Origin: Clostridia bacterium | GTDB lineage: Bacteria; Bacillota; Clostridia; Oscillospirales; CAG-382 | NCBI GenBank assembly: GCA_017560145.1 | Contig: JAFYON010000095.1 | Coordinates: 1-52,044 of the forward strand | Reading direction: 5' to 3' | DNA: 52,044 nt | Part shown: positions 8,698 through 18,809 of the stretch, in pieces | Layout: each line of letters opens with the position of its first letter | Position numbering within the stretch: position 1 is the stretch's first letter | Program-made: the position numbers and the translations under genes | Notes under the pieces: generated by a model | Databases searched by the model: none | Seen by the model: only the letters and a program-made list of their open reading frames with translations | Told to the model about the DNA's origin: nothing

Positions 8698-9990
8698 GTG
8701 GATATTCAGGATATATTTACAATATGTAATATCGTGCTTACCTCAGCGTTTGTCGTTTGCTATATATACCAGTTCTTCTATATTTTTTGGGTGTTTCTCG
8801 GAAAAGATAAATCGCAACCGGTGCAAAGCGACAAGCTTAATAAATTCGGCGTTATAATCAGCGCTCGTGATGAAGAAAACGTTATCGGACACCTTCTTGA
8901 AAGCATCAACCGTCAGGATTATCCCAAGGAGCTTATCAAGATATTCCTTATTGCCGATAACTGCTCGGACAATACCGCTCAGGTCGGCAGAGACCACGGC
9001 GCAATAGTCCTCGAGCGTAACAATAAGGAGCTTATCGGTAAGGGCTATGCGCTCGATTTCCTTTTCAAAAAGCTTATCGCCGAAAAGGACGATTGCGACG
9101 CCTATATCGTTTTCGATGCAGACAACCTTGTCGATAAAAACTTCGTCAAGGAAATGAATATTAATTTCAACCGCGGATATAAGGCTCTTACAAGCTACCG
9201 TAACTCCAAAAACTACGGTACAAACTGGATCTCCGCAGGCTATTCGCTCTGGTTCCTTCGCGAGGCAAAATACTTAAACCACGCAAGAATGCGCTTTAAC
9301 ACCTCATGTGCGATCTCGGGTACGGGCTTCTGTATCAGCCGCGAAATTATCGAAAGCAACGGCGGTTGGCCCTATCATTTGCTTACCGAGGATATCGAAT
9401 TTTCAACCGATATGGCGGTTCGCGGTGTTAAGATCGGTTACAGCGGCGGCTCGATCGTTTACGATGAACAGCCCGAAACCTTCAAGCAATCCTGGAATCA
9501 GCGTCTGCGCTGGTCCAAGGGCTTCTATCAGGTGTTCGGTAAATACGGCGGAAAGCTTTTCAAGGGCATTTTCAAGGGTAAATTCGCTTGCTACGATATG
9601 CTTATGACGATTTTCCCTGCGCTTATGTTCACCATTCTTTCGCTTTGCTGCTGCATCGCGGAATTCATCTACGGTATGACGATATTCAGCGATTATCCCG
9701 AATTTTCGGTGTTCTTTGAATTCTGTCTGGTTCCCGTGCTTTATTTCTGCTCGATAATTTATATGCTTATATTTATTGTCGGCTTTATCACGCTTATTAC
9801 CGAATGGGACGTTATCGACTGTCCTCCCGGTAAGATAATCAAGTATCTCTTCACCTTCCCGATATTTATGCTTTCCTATTGCCCCATCGCAATAGCGGCA
9901 ATCTTCAAAAAGGTTGAATGGACTCCCATCAAGCACAGCGTAACCAAATCTATCGACGACGTTCAGGTAACGTCCGAAGAGGAAGAATAA
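8698..9990 (+). CDS. Membrane-embedded processive family-2 glycosyltransferase (polysaccharide synthase type)
   Basis: Motifs VFDADN, LTEDIEFS and QRLRWSKG (QxxRW). There is one N-terminal hydrophobic span and several C-terminal ones. The start was set to the GTG at 8698, behind GGAGGA, because the ORF-track TTG start at 8638 coincides with the -35 hexamer. Confidence 0.75.
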   Translation: MDIQDIFTICNIVLTSAFVVCYIYQFFYIFWVFLGKDKSQPVQSDKLNKFGVIISARDEENVIGHLLESINRQDYPKELIKIFLIADNCSDNTAQVGRDHGAIVLERNNKELIGKGYALDFLFKKLIAEKDDCDAYIVFDADNLVDKNFVKEMNINFNRGYKALTSYRNSKNYGTNWISAGYSLWFLREAKYLNHARMRFNTSCAISGTGFCISREIIESNGGWPYHLLTEDIEFSTDMAVRGVKIGYSGGSIVYDEQPETFKQSWNQRLRWSKGFYQVFGKYGGKLFKGIFKGKFACYDMLMTIFPALMFTILSLCCCIAEFIYGMTIFSDYPEFSVFFEFCLVPVLYFCSIIYMLIFIVGFITLITEWDVIDCPPGKIIKYLFTFPIFMLSYCPIAIAAIFKKVEWTPIKHSVTKSIDDVQVTSEEEE

Positions 9991-9997
9991 ATACTTT

Positions 9998-10033
9998 AAG
10001 TCCGAGGCACTTTGCTTCGGACTTATCTTTTTT
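9998..10033 (+). terminator. Intrinsic terminator after the GT2 gene
   Basis: 12-bp stem AAGTCCGAGGCA / TGCTTCGGACTT with one G-U pair and a 3-nt loop, followed by ATCTTTTTTCTG. Confidence 0.7.
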
Positions 10034-10040
10034 CTGTTCT

Positions 10041-10071
10041 CGAACATTTGTTCTTGACAAACATTTGTTCG
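10041..10071 (+). promoter_or_regulatory. Two LexA (Cheo-type SOS) boxes
   Basis: CGAACATTTGTTCT (10041-10054) and CAAACATTTGTTCG (10058-10071). Both fit the Gram-positive consensus CGAAC-N4-GTTCG with one mismatch each. They bracket the -35 hexamer. Confidence 0.75.
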
Positions 10072-10082
10072 AGTGGTATTAT
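10054..10082 (+). promoter_or_regulatory. Sigma-A promoter of the Y-family polymerase gene
   Basis: TTGACA (10054-10059), a 17-nt spacer, then TATTAT (10077-10082). Confidence 0.6.
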
Positions 10083-10114
10083 ATCAATAAGAATTAAAAG
10101 GGAAGTGAAGCGAA

Positions 10115-11395
10115 ATGTATATGGGCTACGGTGACGGCTCGGCGTTGATGAGAACGTCGAACTTTCACGAAAAATCGAAAAACGAAGGGGATAAAAGGGT
10201 TCGCACGATATTGCATTGCGATGCGAATTCTTTTTTTGCCTCCTGCGAAACGGCAATAAGGCCCGAATATGCATCCGTGCCGATGGCGGTATGCGGAAGC
10301 GTCGAGGAACGGCACGGTATCGTGCTTGCCCGTAACGAGCTTGCAAAAAAATACGGTGTCACCACCGCCGAGCCGGTCTGGCAGGCAAAGCAAAAGTGCC
10401 CCTCGCTCGTTACCGTCCGCCCGACTTACGGGCTTTATTCCGAAATGTCGGAAAAAATGAACAAGATCTTTTACGATTATACCGACCGTGTCGAGCCGTT
10501 TGGGATCGACGAAAGCTGGCTCGACGTAAGCGGCAGCTTCAAGCTTTTCGGAAGCGGAAAAAGCATTGCCGACAGTATCCGCAAAAGAATAAAGGAGGAG
10601 CTTAATATAACGGTTTCGGTCGGCGTCTCCTTTAACAAGGTCTTTGCCAAGCTCGGAAGCGATATGAAAAAGCCGGATGCAACGACGGTCATCCCGTGTG
10701 AGCGCTTTGTCCCGATAGTCTGGCCTCTGCCGGTTTCGGATCTGCTCTTCGTCGGCTCGTCGACCCAAAGATCGCTTAACCGTATCGGGGTTTATACCAT
10801 CGGCGACCTTGCCTGCTGCGATGAAAAGGTTATTCGGAACAACCTTGGGAAAAACGGAATTTTGCTCCGTGAATTTGCGCGCGGCAACGACCGCTCCGAG
10901 GTCACCGTAAGCGGCTATGAGCCAACACCGAAATCGGTAAGCAACGGTATGACCTTTCGCGAAAACCTTAAAACGGGCGAGGATATCTCCTTTGCCGTAA
11001 CCTATCTTTCGATGTCCGTTGCCGAAAGGCTAAGACGGCATAAGCTTTGCTGCAACAATATTTCGGTAACCGTAAGATTGCCCGACCTTACCTCGTTTTC
11101 GCATTCGGCGCCGCTTTCCCATCCAACCTGTCTTTACAGCGAAATTTCAAAAGCCGCGCTTTCGCTCGTCTATGCAAAAAAGGCGTTTTGGGAGGAGATA
11201 TATTCGGTGACCGTCCACGCCGAAAAGCTGACCGTCGAGGGCGATTTCGGCTATCAGCAAAAGCTCTTTCCCGAAGCATGGGAGCAAAAATACGCTAAAA
11301 GTCATTCGCTTGAAGCGGCGGTCGATTCCATCCGCGAGCGGTTCGGAAGAAGCGCTGTCAAAATAGCCTCCGCCATAGACAACCGATTGGTGTAA
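10115..11395 (+). CDS. Y-family translesion DNA polymerase (DinB/UmuC-like)
   Basis: ILHCDANSFFASCE and SIDESWLDV catalytic motifs, with a C-terminal little-finger-length region. The N-terminus is about 30 residues longer than usual, so the exact start (10115 or an internal codon) is uncertain. Confidence 0.85.
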   Translation: MYMGYGDGSALMRTSNFHEKSKNEGDKRVRTILHCDANSFFASCETAIRPEYASVPMAVCGSVEERHGIVLARNELAKKYGVTTAEPVWQAKQKCPSLVTVRPTYGLYSEMSEKMNKIFYDYTDRVEPFGIDESWLDVSGSFKLFGSGKSIADSIRKRIKEELNITVSVGVSFNKVFAKLGSDMKKPDATTVIPCERFVPIVWPLPVSDLLFVGSSTQRSLNRIGVYTIGDLACCDEKVIRNNLGKNGILLREFARGNDRSEVTVSGYEPTPKSVSNGMTFRENLKTGEDISFAVTYLSMSVAERLRRHKLCCNNISVTVRLPDLTSFSHSAPLSHPTCLYSEISKAALSLVYAKKAFWEEIYSVTVHAEKLTVEGDFGYQQKLFPEAWEQKYAKSHSLEAAVDSIRERFGRSAVKIASAIDNRLV

Positions 11396-11421
11396 AAAAT
11401 TAAAAAATTCATTATATCCCC

Positions 11422-11450
11422 TTTTAATTTAAAGGAAAATGTGATATAAT
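11422..11450 (+). promoter_or_regulatory. Possible extended -10 promoter upstream of uvrB
   Basis: TGATATAAT (11442-11450) with a weak -35, TTTTAA (11422-11427). Confidence 0.4.
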
Positions 11451-11503
11451 AATACGATTTACAAGAAAAATCATTCAAATCTCAAAAAAGGGGGCGTTTT
11501 TGT

Positions 11504-13459
11504 ATGGATAAGTTCGATCTCGTGTCTGATTTTGCACCTACGGGCGACCAGCCTGAGGCAATAGACGCGCTTGTTTCGGGCATCAACAGCGGCGACCGCG
11601 ATCAAACTCTTATCGGCGTTACCGGTTCGGGTAAAACCTTTACAATGGCAAACGTTATCGCACGTGCAAACCGCCCTGCGATAATTTTAGAGCCCAATAA
11701 AACTCTGGCAGCTCAGGTCTGCTCGGAAATGCGTGAATTCTTTCCGAACAACGCGGTCGAGTTCTTTGTGTCCTATTACGATTACTATCAGCCCGAGGCA
11801 TACGTGCCCGGCAAGGACGTTTATATCGAAAAGGACGCCGCCGTCAATAACGAAATCGATAAGCTCCGCCATTCGGCAACGAGCGCGCTTTTCGAAAGGC
11901 GCGACGTCATAATCGTCGCATCTGTAAGCTGCATCTATTCGTTGGGTGACCCCGAGGAATACGCACAACAGGTGCTTTCCATTCGCCGCGACTCGACGTT
12001 CGCGCGCGATGACGTCATCAAGCGCCTCGTCGCGCTTCAGTATGCAAGAAGCGATATCGGATTCGAGCGTAACAATTTCCGCGTGCGCGGTGACGTGCTC
12101 GATATTTTCCCGTCAAACACCGATACCGACGCCGTGAGAGTCGAATTTTTCGGCGACGAGGTCGACAGAATATGCAAGATCAACGTTGTCACGGGCGAGG
12201 CGGTTGCCGATATGTCGCACGTTGCAATATATCCCGCATCGCACTACGTTACCTCGTCGGAAACGCGCAAAAAGGCGCTCGACGATATAATTGCCGAGCT
12301 TGACGAAAGAATAGCGTTTTTTGAGAGTCAGAATAAATTTATCGAGGCACAACGCATCCGCGAGAGAACGATGTTCGACGTCGAGCAGATACGCGAGATC
12401 GGATTTTGCAACGGTGTCGAAAACTATTCACGCGTGCTTTCGGGACGTGAGCCGGGAAGTGCGCCCTATACTCTTCTCGATTATTTCCCCTCGGATTATC
12501 TCGTGTTCGTCGATGAAAGTCACGTAATGCTTCCGCAGATACGCGGTATGGCGGCAGGCGACCGCGCAAGAAAGCAAAATCTTATCGATTACGGCTTCCG
12601 CTTGCCCTCCGCTTACGATAACCGTCCGCTCGTTTTCGATGAATTCGATGAAAAGCGCGGACAAACCGTTTACGTCAGCGCAACTCCAAAGGAATACGAG
12701 CGCAACCTTTCCACCCGCCTTGTCGAGCAGATCATCCGTCCCACGGGCTTGCTCGATCCTATCGTCGAGGTCCGCCCGACCAAGGGTCAGATCGACGACC
12801 TCGCAGGGGAGATCCGCATCCGCGCCGCAAGGAAGGAGCGCGTTTTAGTCACAACTCTTACAAAGAAAATGGCAGAGGATCTTACCGAATTCTTCGAGCT
12901 TTCGGGAATCCGCTCAAGATATATGCACTACGATATCGATACGATGGAAAGAATGGACATCCTCCGCGGTCTTCGTGCAGGTGAATTCGACGTTCTCGTC
13001 GGAATAAATCTGCTTCGCGAGGGTCTTGACCTTCCCGAGGTATCGTTGGTTGCCATCCTCGATGCCGATAAAGAGGGCTTTTTGCGAAGCGAAATTTCGC
13101 TCGTGCAGACGATCGGACGTGCCGCACGTAACGCCGAGGGCACGGTCATAATGTATGCCGATACCGAAACCGGCTCGATGAAGCGCGCGATAGACGAAAC
13201 AAACCGTCGCCGCCGTATTCAGCAGGCATATAACGAAAAGCACGGCATCACGCCCAAAACCATCGTCAAGGATATCCGCGCTCCCATCGAGATAACCTCG
13301 AAGAAGGAAGCCGAAAGAATAGAAAAGAACAAAAACCTCAGCAAGGAAGAAAAGAAGAAGCTTATCGATAAGCTCACCGCAGAAATGAAGCGCGCCGCAA
13401 AGGATCTCGATTTCGAAACGGCGGCATTCATCCGCGACAAGATAAGAAGATTGATGTAG
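11504..13459 (+). CDS. uvrB: Excinuclease ABC subunit B
   Basis: 651 aa with GVTGSGKT, helicase motifs, and a C-terminal UVR domain ([11 protein letters not shown]). Confidence 0.95.
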   Translation: MDKFDLVSDFAPTGDQPEAIDALVSGINSGDRDQTLIGVTGSGKTFTMANVIARANRPAIILEPNKTLAAQVCSEMREFFPNNAVEFFVSYYDYYQPEAYVPGKDVYIEKDAAVNNEIDKLRHSATSALFERRDVIIVASVSCIYSLGDPEEYAQQVLSIRRDSTFARDDVIKRLVALQYARSDIGFERNNFRVRGDVLDIFPSNTDTDAVRVEFFGDEVDRICKINVVTGEAVADMSHVAIYPASHYVTSSETRKKALDDIIAELDERIAFFESQNKFIEAQRIRERTMFDVEQIREIGFCNGVENYSRVLSGREPGSAPYTLLDYFPSDYLVFVDESHVMLPQIRGMAAGDRARKQNLIDYGFRLPSAYDNRPLVFDEFDEKRGQTVYVSATPKEYERNLSTRLVEQIIRPTGLLDPIVEVRPTKGQIDDLAGEIRIRAARKERVLVTTLTKKMAEDLTEFFELSGIRSRYMHYDIDTMERMDILRGLRAGEFDVLVGINLLREGLDLPEVSLVAILDADKEGFLRSEISLVQTIGRAARNAEGTVIMYADTETGSMKRAIDETNRRRRIQQAYNEKHGITPKTIVKDIRAPIEITSKKEAERIEKNKNLSKEEKKKLIDKLTAEMKRAAKDLDFETAAFIRDKIRRLM

Positions 13460-13471
13460 CAGGAGAAAACT

Positions 13472-16282
13472 ATGTCGGACAAAATCGTTGTAAAGGGCGC
13501 ACGCGTCCACAATTTAAAAAATATCGACGTTACCATTCCGCGTGATAAGCTCGTTGTTTTCACGGGGCTTTCGGGCTCGGGCAAATCGAGCCTTGCCTTC
13601 GATACCCTTTATGCCGAGGGACACAGAAGATTCGTCGAATCGCTTTCGTCCTATGCGAGAATGTTTCTCGGACAGCTCGACAAGCCCGACGTTGATCTGA
13701 TTGAGGGCTTGTCCCCCGCAATTTCCATAGACCAGAAAACCACCTCGCGCAATCCCCGTTCCACGGTAGGCACCGCGACCGAGATTTACGATTATCTCCG
13801 CTTGCTCTATGCCCGTATCGGCGTGCCGCACTGTCCGATCTGCGGCGAGGAAATAAAACAGCAATCGATCGACGAGATAGTTGCGCGCGTGTGCGAGCTG
13901 CCCCAAGGCACCCGTTTTATGGTGCTTGCGCCCGTCGTTTCGGCGCAGAAGGGTATGCACGAAAAGGTGTTCGAAAGCGCGCGTAAAAGCGGCTACGTCC
14001 GTGTGCGCGTCGACGGCAATATGTATGACCTTTCCGAAACGATAAGCCTTGATAAAAATATCAAGCACGATATCGATATAATCGTTGACCGTCTTGTAAT
14101 GAAGGGCGAGGAAATGCGCTCGCGCCTTGCAGAAAGCCTTGAAACGGCATCCAAGCTTGCAAACGGTATAATAAAGATACTTCTCCCCGACGCGGCGGAG
14201 GATAACGAAATCATCTTTTCCCAAAACTATGCGTGTAAGACCCACGGCATCTCCGTCGGTGAGCTTACACCCCGTATGTTCTCCTTCAACAATCCGTCGG
14301 GCGCTTGTGAGGCTTGCGGCGGCTTGGGAGAAAATAACGTATTTTCCGAAGAAAAGCTTATCCCCGATAAAAGCCTTTCGCTCTTCGGCGGCGCAGTGAT
14401 ATGCAACGGCTTTAAAAGCGCCGAGCCGGGCGGATATTTCGCCGAGCTTATCAATTCGGTCGGCAGATATCACGGCTTCGACGTTCACACGCCCATCCAA
14501 AACTACTCCGATGAAGCCTTTAACATCCTTATGTACGGCAACAAGCGTAAGCGCAAATCGGTTTCCGAGCCCTCCTTCAAGGGCATTATCGGTATGATCG
14601 ACCACCGCTATAAAATGGGCGGCGGATATGAGGTGCGCGAATATTACGAGCAGTTTATGGATTATATCCCTTGTCCCGAATGTCAGGGCAAGCGTCTTAA
14701 AAACGAATCTCTCGCGGTTACGGTCGGCGGATTGAATATTTCCGACCTCTGTGCAAAATCGGTCATCGACGTCCGCAAGTTCTTTGCAACGCTCAAGCTC
14801 AGCCAAACCGATGCCGAGATAGCAAAAGAGATATTAAAGGAGATCAACGCCCGTCTTTCCTTCCTCGAAAACGTAGGTCTCGGCTACCTCACGCTCTCGC
14901 GCAAGGCAGGCTCGCTTTCGGGCGGCGAGGCACAGCGTATACGTCTTGCAACTCAAATAGGCAGTGCACTTGTCGGCGTTATGTACGTGCTTGACGAGCC
15001 GAGCATCGGCTTGCATCAGCGCGATAACCAAAAGCTTATAAACACTCTTAAAAAGCTCCGTGATATCGGCAATACCGTGCTCGTTGTCGAGCACGACGAG
15101 GAAACCATCGAGGAAGCCGATTTTATAGTGGATATCGGTCCCGGTGCAGGCATCCACGGCGGCAACGTGATATTCACGGGCACCCCCGCACAGATAAAGA
15201 AATGCAAGGAATCCGTCACGGGTCAGTACCTTTCGGGCAAAAAGGCGGTTTCCATCCCCACAACGCGCAGAAAGGGCAACGGCAGCTTTATTACCGTTGT
15301 TGGCGCAAGGGAAAACAACCTAAAGGATATCGACGTCACCTTCCCCTTGGGCAAGCTCGTTTGTGTTACCGGTGTTTCCGGCTCGGGCAAATCGAGTCTT
15401 GTCAACGCCGTGCTCTATAACACTCTCGCCCGTAAGCTCGGCAAGCTTTCGGTGCTTCCCGGCAAGCATCAGGAGATCGTCGGTGCCGACGATATCGACA
15501 AGATAATCCAGATCGACCAATCGCCGATCGGACGCAATCCGCGCTCCAACCCCGCAACCTATATCGGACTTTTCAACGATATCCGCGCGGTGTTCGCCTC
15601 CACCCCCGAAGCCCGTGCACGCGGCTATAACGACGGCAGATTTTCCTTCAACGTCAAGGGCGGCAGATGCGAGGCTTGTAAGGGCGACGGTACGCTTACC
15701 ATCGAAATGCACTTCCTGCCCGACGTTTACGTCACCTGCGACGTATGTAAGGGAAGAAGATACAACCACGAAACTCTCGAGATAAAATACAAGGGCAAGT
15801 CCATCTACGACGTGCTCGAAATGACCTGCGACGAGGGTAGGGAATTCTTCGAAAATTACCCCTCCATCAAGCGCAAGCTCGATACGATGTGCGACGTCGG
15901 ATTGGGATATATCAAAATAGGTCAGCCCTCGACGACGCTTTCGGGCGGCGAGGCACAGCGCGTTAAATTGGCAAACGAGCTTTCACGCCGTGCAACGGGC
16001 AAAACCCTTTACGTGCTCGACGAGCCTACCACGGGCTTGCATACCGATGACGTAAACAAGCTTGTAAGCGTTTTGCAAAAGCTTGTCGATGCAGGTAACT
16101 CGGTAATCGTTATCGAGCATAATCTCGACCTTATAAAGACCGCCGACTATATCATCGATATGGGTCCCGACGGCGGCGATGCAGGCGGCAGAGTCATTGC
16201 AAAGGGCACTCCCGAGGAGGTTGCCGCAAACGAAGACAGCTATACGGGACTTTATTTAAGAGATAAACTCAAGAATCTGTAA
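13472..16282 (+). CDS. uvrA: Excinuclease ABC subunit A
   Basis: 936 aa with two ABC ATPase modules (GLSGSGKSS and [14 protein letters not shown] twice) and zinc-finger cysteine pairs. Confidence 0.95.
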   Translation: MSDKIVVKGARVHNLKNIDVTIPRDKLVVFTGLSGSGKSSLAFDTLYAEGHRRFVESLSSYARMFLGQLDKPDVDLIEGLSPAISIDQKTTSRNPRSTVGTATEIYDYLRLLYARIGVPHCPICGEEIKQQSIDEIVARVCELPQGTRFMVLAPVVSAQKGMHEKVFESARKSGYVRVRVDGNMYDLSETISLDKNIKHDIDIIVDRLVMKGEEMRSRLAESLETASKLANGIIKILLPDAAEDNEIIFSQNYACKTHGISVGELTPRMFSFNNPSGACEACGGLGENNVFSEEKLIPDKSLSLFGGAVICNGFKSAEPGGYFAELINSVGRYHGFDVHTPIQNYSDEAFNILMYGNKRKRKSVSEPSFKGIIGMIDHRYKMGGGYEVREYYEQFMDYIPCPECQGKRLKNESLAVTVGGLNISDLCAKSVIDVRKFFATLKLSQTDAEIAKEILKEINARLSFLENVGLGYLTLSRKAGSLSGGEAQRIRLATQIGSALVGVMYVLDEPSIGLHQRDNQKLINTLKKLRDIGNTVLVVEHDEETIEEADFIVDIGPGAGIHGGNVIFTGTPAQIKKCKESVTGQYLSGKKAVSIPTTRRKGNGSFITVVGARENNLKDIDVTFPLGKLVCVTGVSGSGKSSLVNAVLYNTLARKLGKLSVLPGKHQEIVGADDIDKIIQIDQSPIGRNPRSNPATYIGLFNDIRAVFASTPEARARGYNDGRFSFNVKGGRCEACKGDGTLTIEMHFLPDVYVTCDVCKGRRYNHETLEIKYKGKSIYDVLEMTCDEGREFFENYPSIKRKLDTMCDVGLGYIKIGQPSTTLSGGEAQRVKLANELSRRATGKTLYVLDEPTTGLHTDDVNKLVSVLQKLVDAGNSVIVIEHNLDLIKTADYIIDMGPDGGDAGGRVIAKGTPEEVAANEDSYTGLYLRDKLKNL

Positions 16283-16297
16283 ATTGGAGAAATAAAA

Positions 16298-18163
16298 GTG
16301 AGTAATTACGAAAAATACGCACCTCTGCTTGAATGCGTTGAAAAGCCGGGCAGATACGTCGGCGGAGAATATTCGTCGGACGTTCCCGACTGTAAAAATG
16401 CCGACCTTCGAGTCTGCTTCTGCTTCCCCGATATTTACGAGATAGGTATGTCCAACCTCGGTATGAAAATACTTCAGGGCAACTTCAATAACAGCGGATA
16501 TATCTGCTGCGAGCGAAGCTATATGCCTTGGCCGGATATGCGTGATCAGCTTATAAAGCATAACCTTCCGCTCTATGCGCTCGAAAGCGGCGATGCGATA
16601 AATGTGTTCGATATCGTTGCCTTCACGCTTCAGTACGAGCTTTCCTATACGAACGTTATCGCAATGCTCGGCTTGGGCGGGATCCCTCTTCTTTCCAAGG
16701 ACAGAGGCGAAGCCGATCCGATAATCATCGCCGGCGGTCCCTGTGCCTACAACCCCGAGCCTATCGCCGATTTTATCGATATCTTTTCGATAGGAGAGGG
16801 CGAAGAGGCTCTGCTTGAGCTTACCGCGCTTATCAGAGATTGCAAAAAGCAGGGAGTAAGCAGGGAAGAAACGCTTTTCCGCGCTTCTCAGCTCAAGGGC
16901 TTTTACGTTCCCTCGCTTTATACGGTCGAATATAACGGTGACGGAACAATTTCCTCGTTTGCACCCAACCGCGAAGGCGTTCCCGCAACGGTAACCAAGC
17001 GTATTATCGAGGACCTCGATAAGGCGTATTTCCCCTGCAAGTGTGCGGTTCCCTTCCTTGAAACGGTTCATGACCGCGTAATGCTCGAGGTCTTCCGCGG
17101 ATGCATTCGCGGATGCCGCTTCTGTCAGGCAGGTATGATCTACCGCCCCTACCGTGAAAAATCGCCTGAGGTGCTTAACGAAAACGCGCGTGCCTCGATC
17201 GACCATAGCGGCTATTCCGAAATCTCGCTTACCTCGCTTTCGATCAGCGACTATACCCACCTCCGCGAGCTTATCAACAGTCTTTTGGAATGGACCGACG
17301 ATAAAAAGGTCAACCTTTCGCTTCCCTCGATGAGAATCGATAATTTCTATGAGGAGCTTCTCGAAAAGATCTCGTCCGTTCGTAAGAGCGGTCTTACCTT
17401 CGCGCCCGAGGCAGGCACCCAAAGGCTTCGCGACGTTATAAACAAGAACATAACCGAGGAAGAGATCATTTCGGCTTGCGAAAAGGCGTTTGACGGCGGA
17501 AGAAGCAGCCTTAAGCTTTACTTTATGAACGGTCTTCCCACCGAAACCGATGAGGATATCAAGGGTATCGCATCGCTCGGTCAGAATATCGTCGATACAT
17601 ATTACTCCAAAAAACGCTTTGGCGGCGGCAGAGGCGTTAACGTTACCGTAAGCGTTTCCTGCTTCGTGCCCAAGCCCTTCACCCCCTTCCAATGGGAGCC
17701 TCAGGATAGCCTCGAGGAGCTCGAGCGTAAGCAAGCGCTTCTTCGCTCGGCGATCACCACCAAAAAGATCTCCTACAAATATCACGATGCACGCGTGTCG
17801 CGCATCGAGGCGGTTTTCGCACGTGGCGACAGAAAATTGGGCGCGGCTCTGCTCGAAGCATATAACCGCAATATGATGCTCGACGGCTGGGACGAATATT
17901 TCAGCTATGATAAATGGATCGACGTGTTCGAATCCTGCGGCATCGACCCTGCATTCTATGCAAACCGCCGCTTCGGTATCGACGAAATACTTCCTTGGGA
18001 CTTTATCGATATCGGCGTGACCAAAAAGTTTATGAAGCTCGAATATACACGCTCGCTCAATGCAGAAACCACTCCCGATTGCCGCACAAAGTGCTCGGGC
18101 TGCGGTGCAAAATCGCTCTGCAACGGCAAATGCGTTTGCGACGGAGGTAACGAAAATGGCTGA
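16298..18163 (+). CDS. Radical SAM protein with an N-terminal B12-binding-like domain (TIGR03960-like family, function unknown)
   Basis: The CxxxCxxC motif is present (GCIRGCRFCQAG). The protein is 621 aa with a Cys-rich C-terminal tail. The start is GTG behind GGAGA. The family name is recalled from memory. Confidence 0.75.
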   Translation: MSNYEKYAPLLECVEKPGRYVGGEYSSDVPDCKNADLRVCFCFPDIYEIGMSNLGMKILQGNFNNSGYICCERSYMPWPDMRDQLIKHNLPLYALESGDAINVFDIVAFTLQYELSYTNVIAMLGLGGIPLLSKDRGEADPIIIAGGPCAYNPEPIADFIDIFSIGEGEEALLELTALIRDCKKQGVSREETLFRASQLKGFYVPSLYTVEYNGDGTISSFAPNREGVPATVTKRIIEDLDKAYFPCKCAVPFLETVHDRVMLEVFRGCIRGCRFCQAGMIYRPYREKSPEVLNENARASIDHSGYSEISLTSLSISDYTHLRELINSLLEWTDDKKVNLSLPSMRIDNFYEELLEKISSVRKSGLTFAPEAGTQRLRDVINKNITEEEIISACEKAFDGGRSSLKLYFMNGLPTETDEDIKGIASLGQNIVDTYYSKKRFGGGRGVNVTVSVSCFVPKPFTPFQWEPQDSLEELERKQALLRSAITTKKISYKYHDARVSRIEAVFARGDRKLGAALLEAYNRNMMLDGWDEYFSYDKWIDVFESCGIDPAFYANRRFGIDEILPWDFIDIGVTKKFMKLEYTRSLNAETTPDCRTKCSGCGAKSLCNGKCVCDGGNENG

Positions 18164-18761
18164 TATCCGCGTATGCTTTACAAAGCTCGGTAATTTAAAA
18201 TATATCTCCCATCTCGACCTTCAGCGTGCGATCCACAGAATGCTCGTAAGAAGCGGTCTTCCCATTTCCTACAGCGAGGGCTTTAATCCCCATCCCCGTC
18301 TTAATATCGCGCTTCCGCTTTCTATCTATCAAGAAGGCGAAAGGGAGCTTTGCGATTTCCGTGTGACCGAGGATGTCGACGTGCAGACTATAAAGGAAAA
18401 GCTTCAGTCTGCCGCATTCCCGGGGCTCGATATCGTTTCGGTCGAGGTTGCCGACAGAAAGCTTGCAACAAAGCGCGCAGTATGGCGTCTTGTGCTTGAA
18501 ACCGATATCACCTCTTGCGAGTTTGAAAGTGCGCTTAGCGGCGAAATGAAGGTCGTCAAGCGCTCGAAGACGGGCGAAAAGACCGTCGACATCTCGCCTA
18601 TGGTAAAATTTGTTTCCTGCGAGTCGGAAAACGGCTTCATGGTACTTCGCGTAGAGCTTAACGCCGCAGGCAACGATTACCTCAATCCCTCTTACGTGGC
18701 GGCGTTCTTCGGCGACCGCGTAAAAATCAAAAGAGTCGTTCGCGAGAATATTATATTTTAA
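18156..18761 (+). CDS. Radical-SAM-associated protein (TIGR03936 / DUF2344-like)
   Basis: MADIRVCFTKLGNLKYISHLDLQRAIHR is the typical N-terminus of this family. The ATG at 18156, behind GGAGGT, overlaps the upstream stop by 8 nt. The ORF-track start at 18060 lies inside the upstream gene. Confidence 0.7.
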   Translation: MADIRVCFTKLGNLKYISHLDLQRAIHRMLVRSGLPISYSEGFNPHPRLNIALPLSIYQEGERELCDFRVTEDVDVQTIKEKLQSAAFPGLDIVSVEVADRKLATKRAVWRLVLETDITSCEFESALSGEMKVVKRSKTGEKTVDISPMVKFVSCESENGFMVLRVELNAAGNDYLNPSYVAAFFGDRVKIKRVVRENIIF

Positions 18762-18771
18762 CAATTTTCTA

Positions 18772-18800
18772 TTGATATTAAGCATATTGTTTGATATAAT
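18772..18800 (+). promoter_or_regulatory. Sigma-A promoter immediately upstream of the 18810 lipoprotein gene
   Basis: TTGATA (18772-18777), a 17-nt spacer, then TATAAT (18795-18800). The ATG follows only 9 nt later. Confidence 0.55.
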
Positions 18801-18809
18801 CATAATGAT

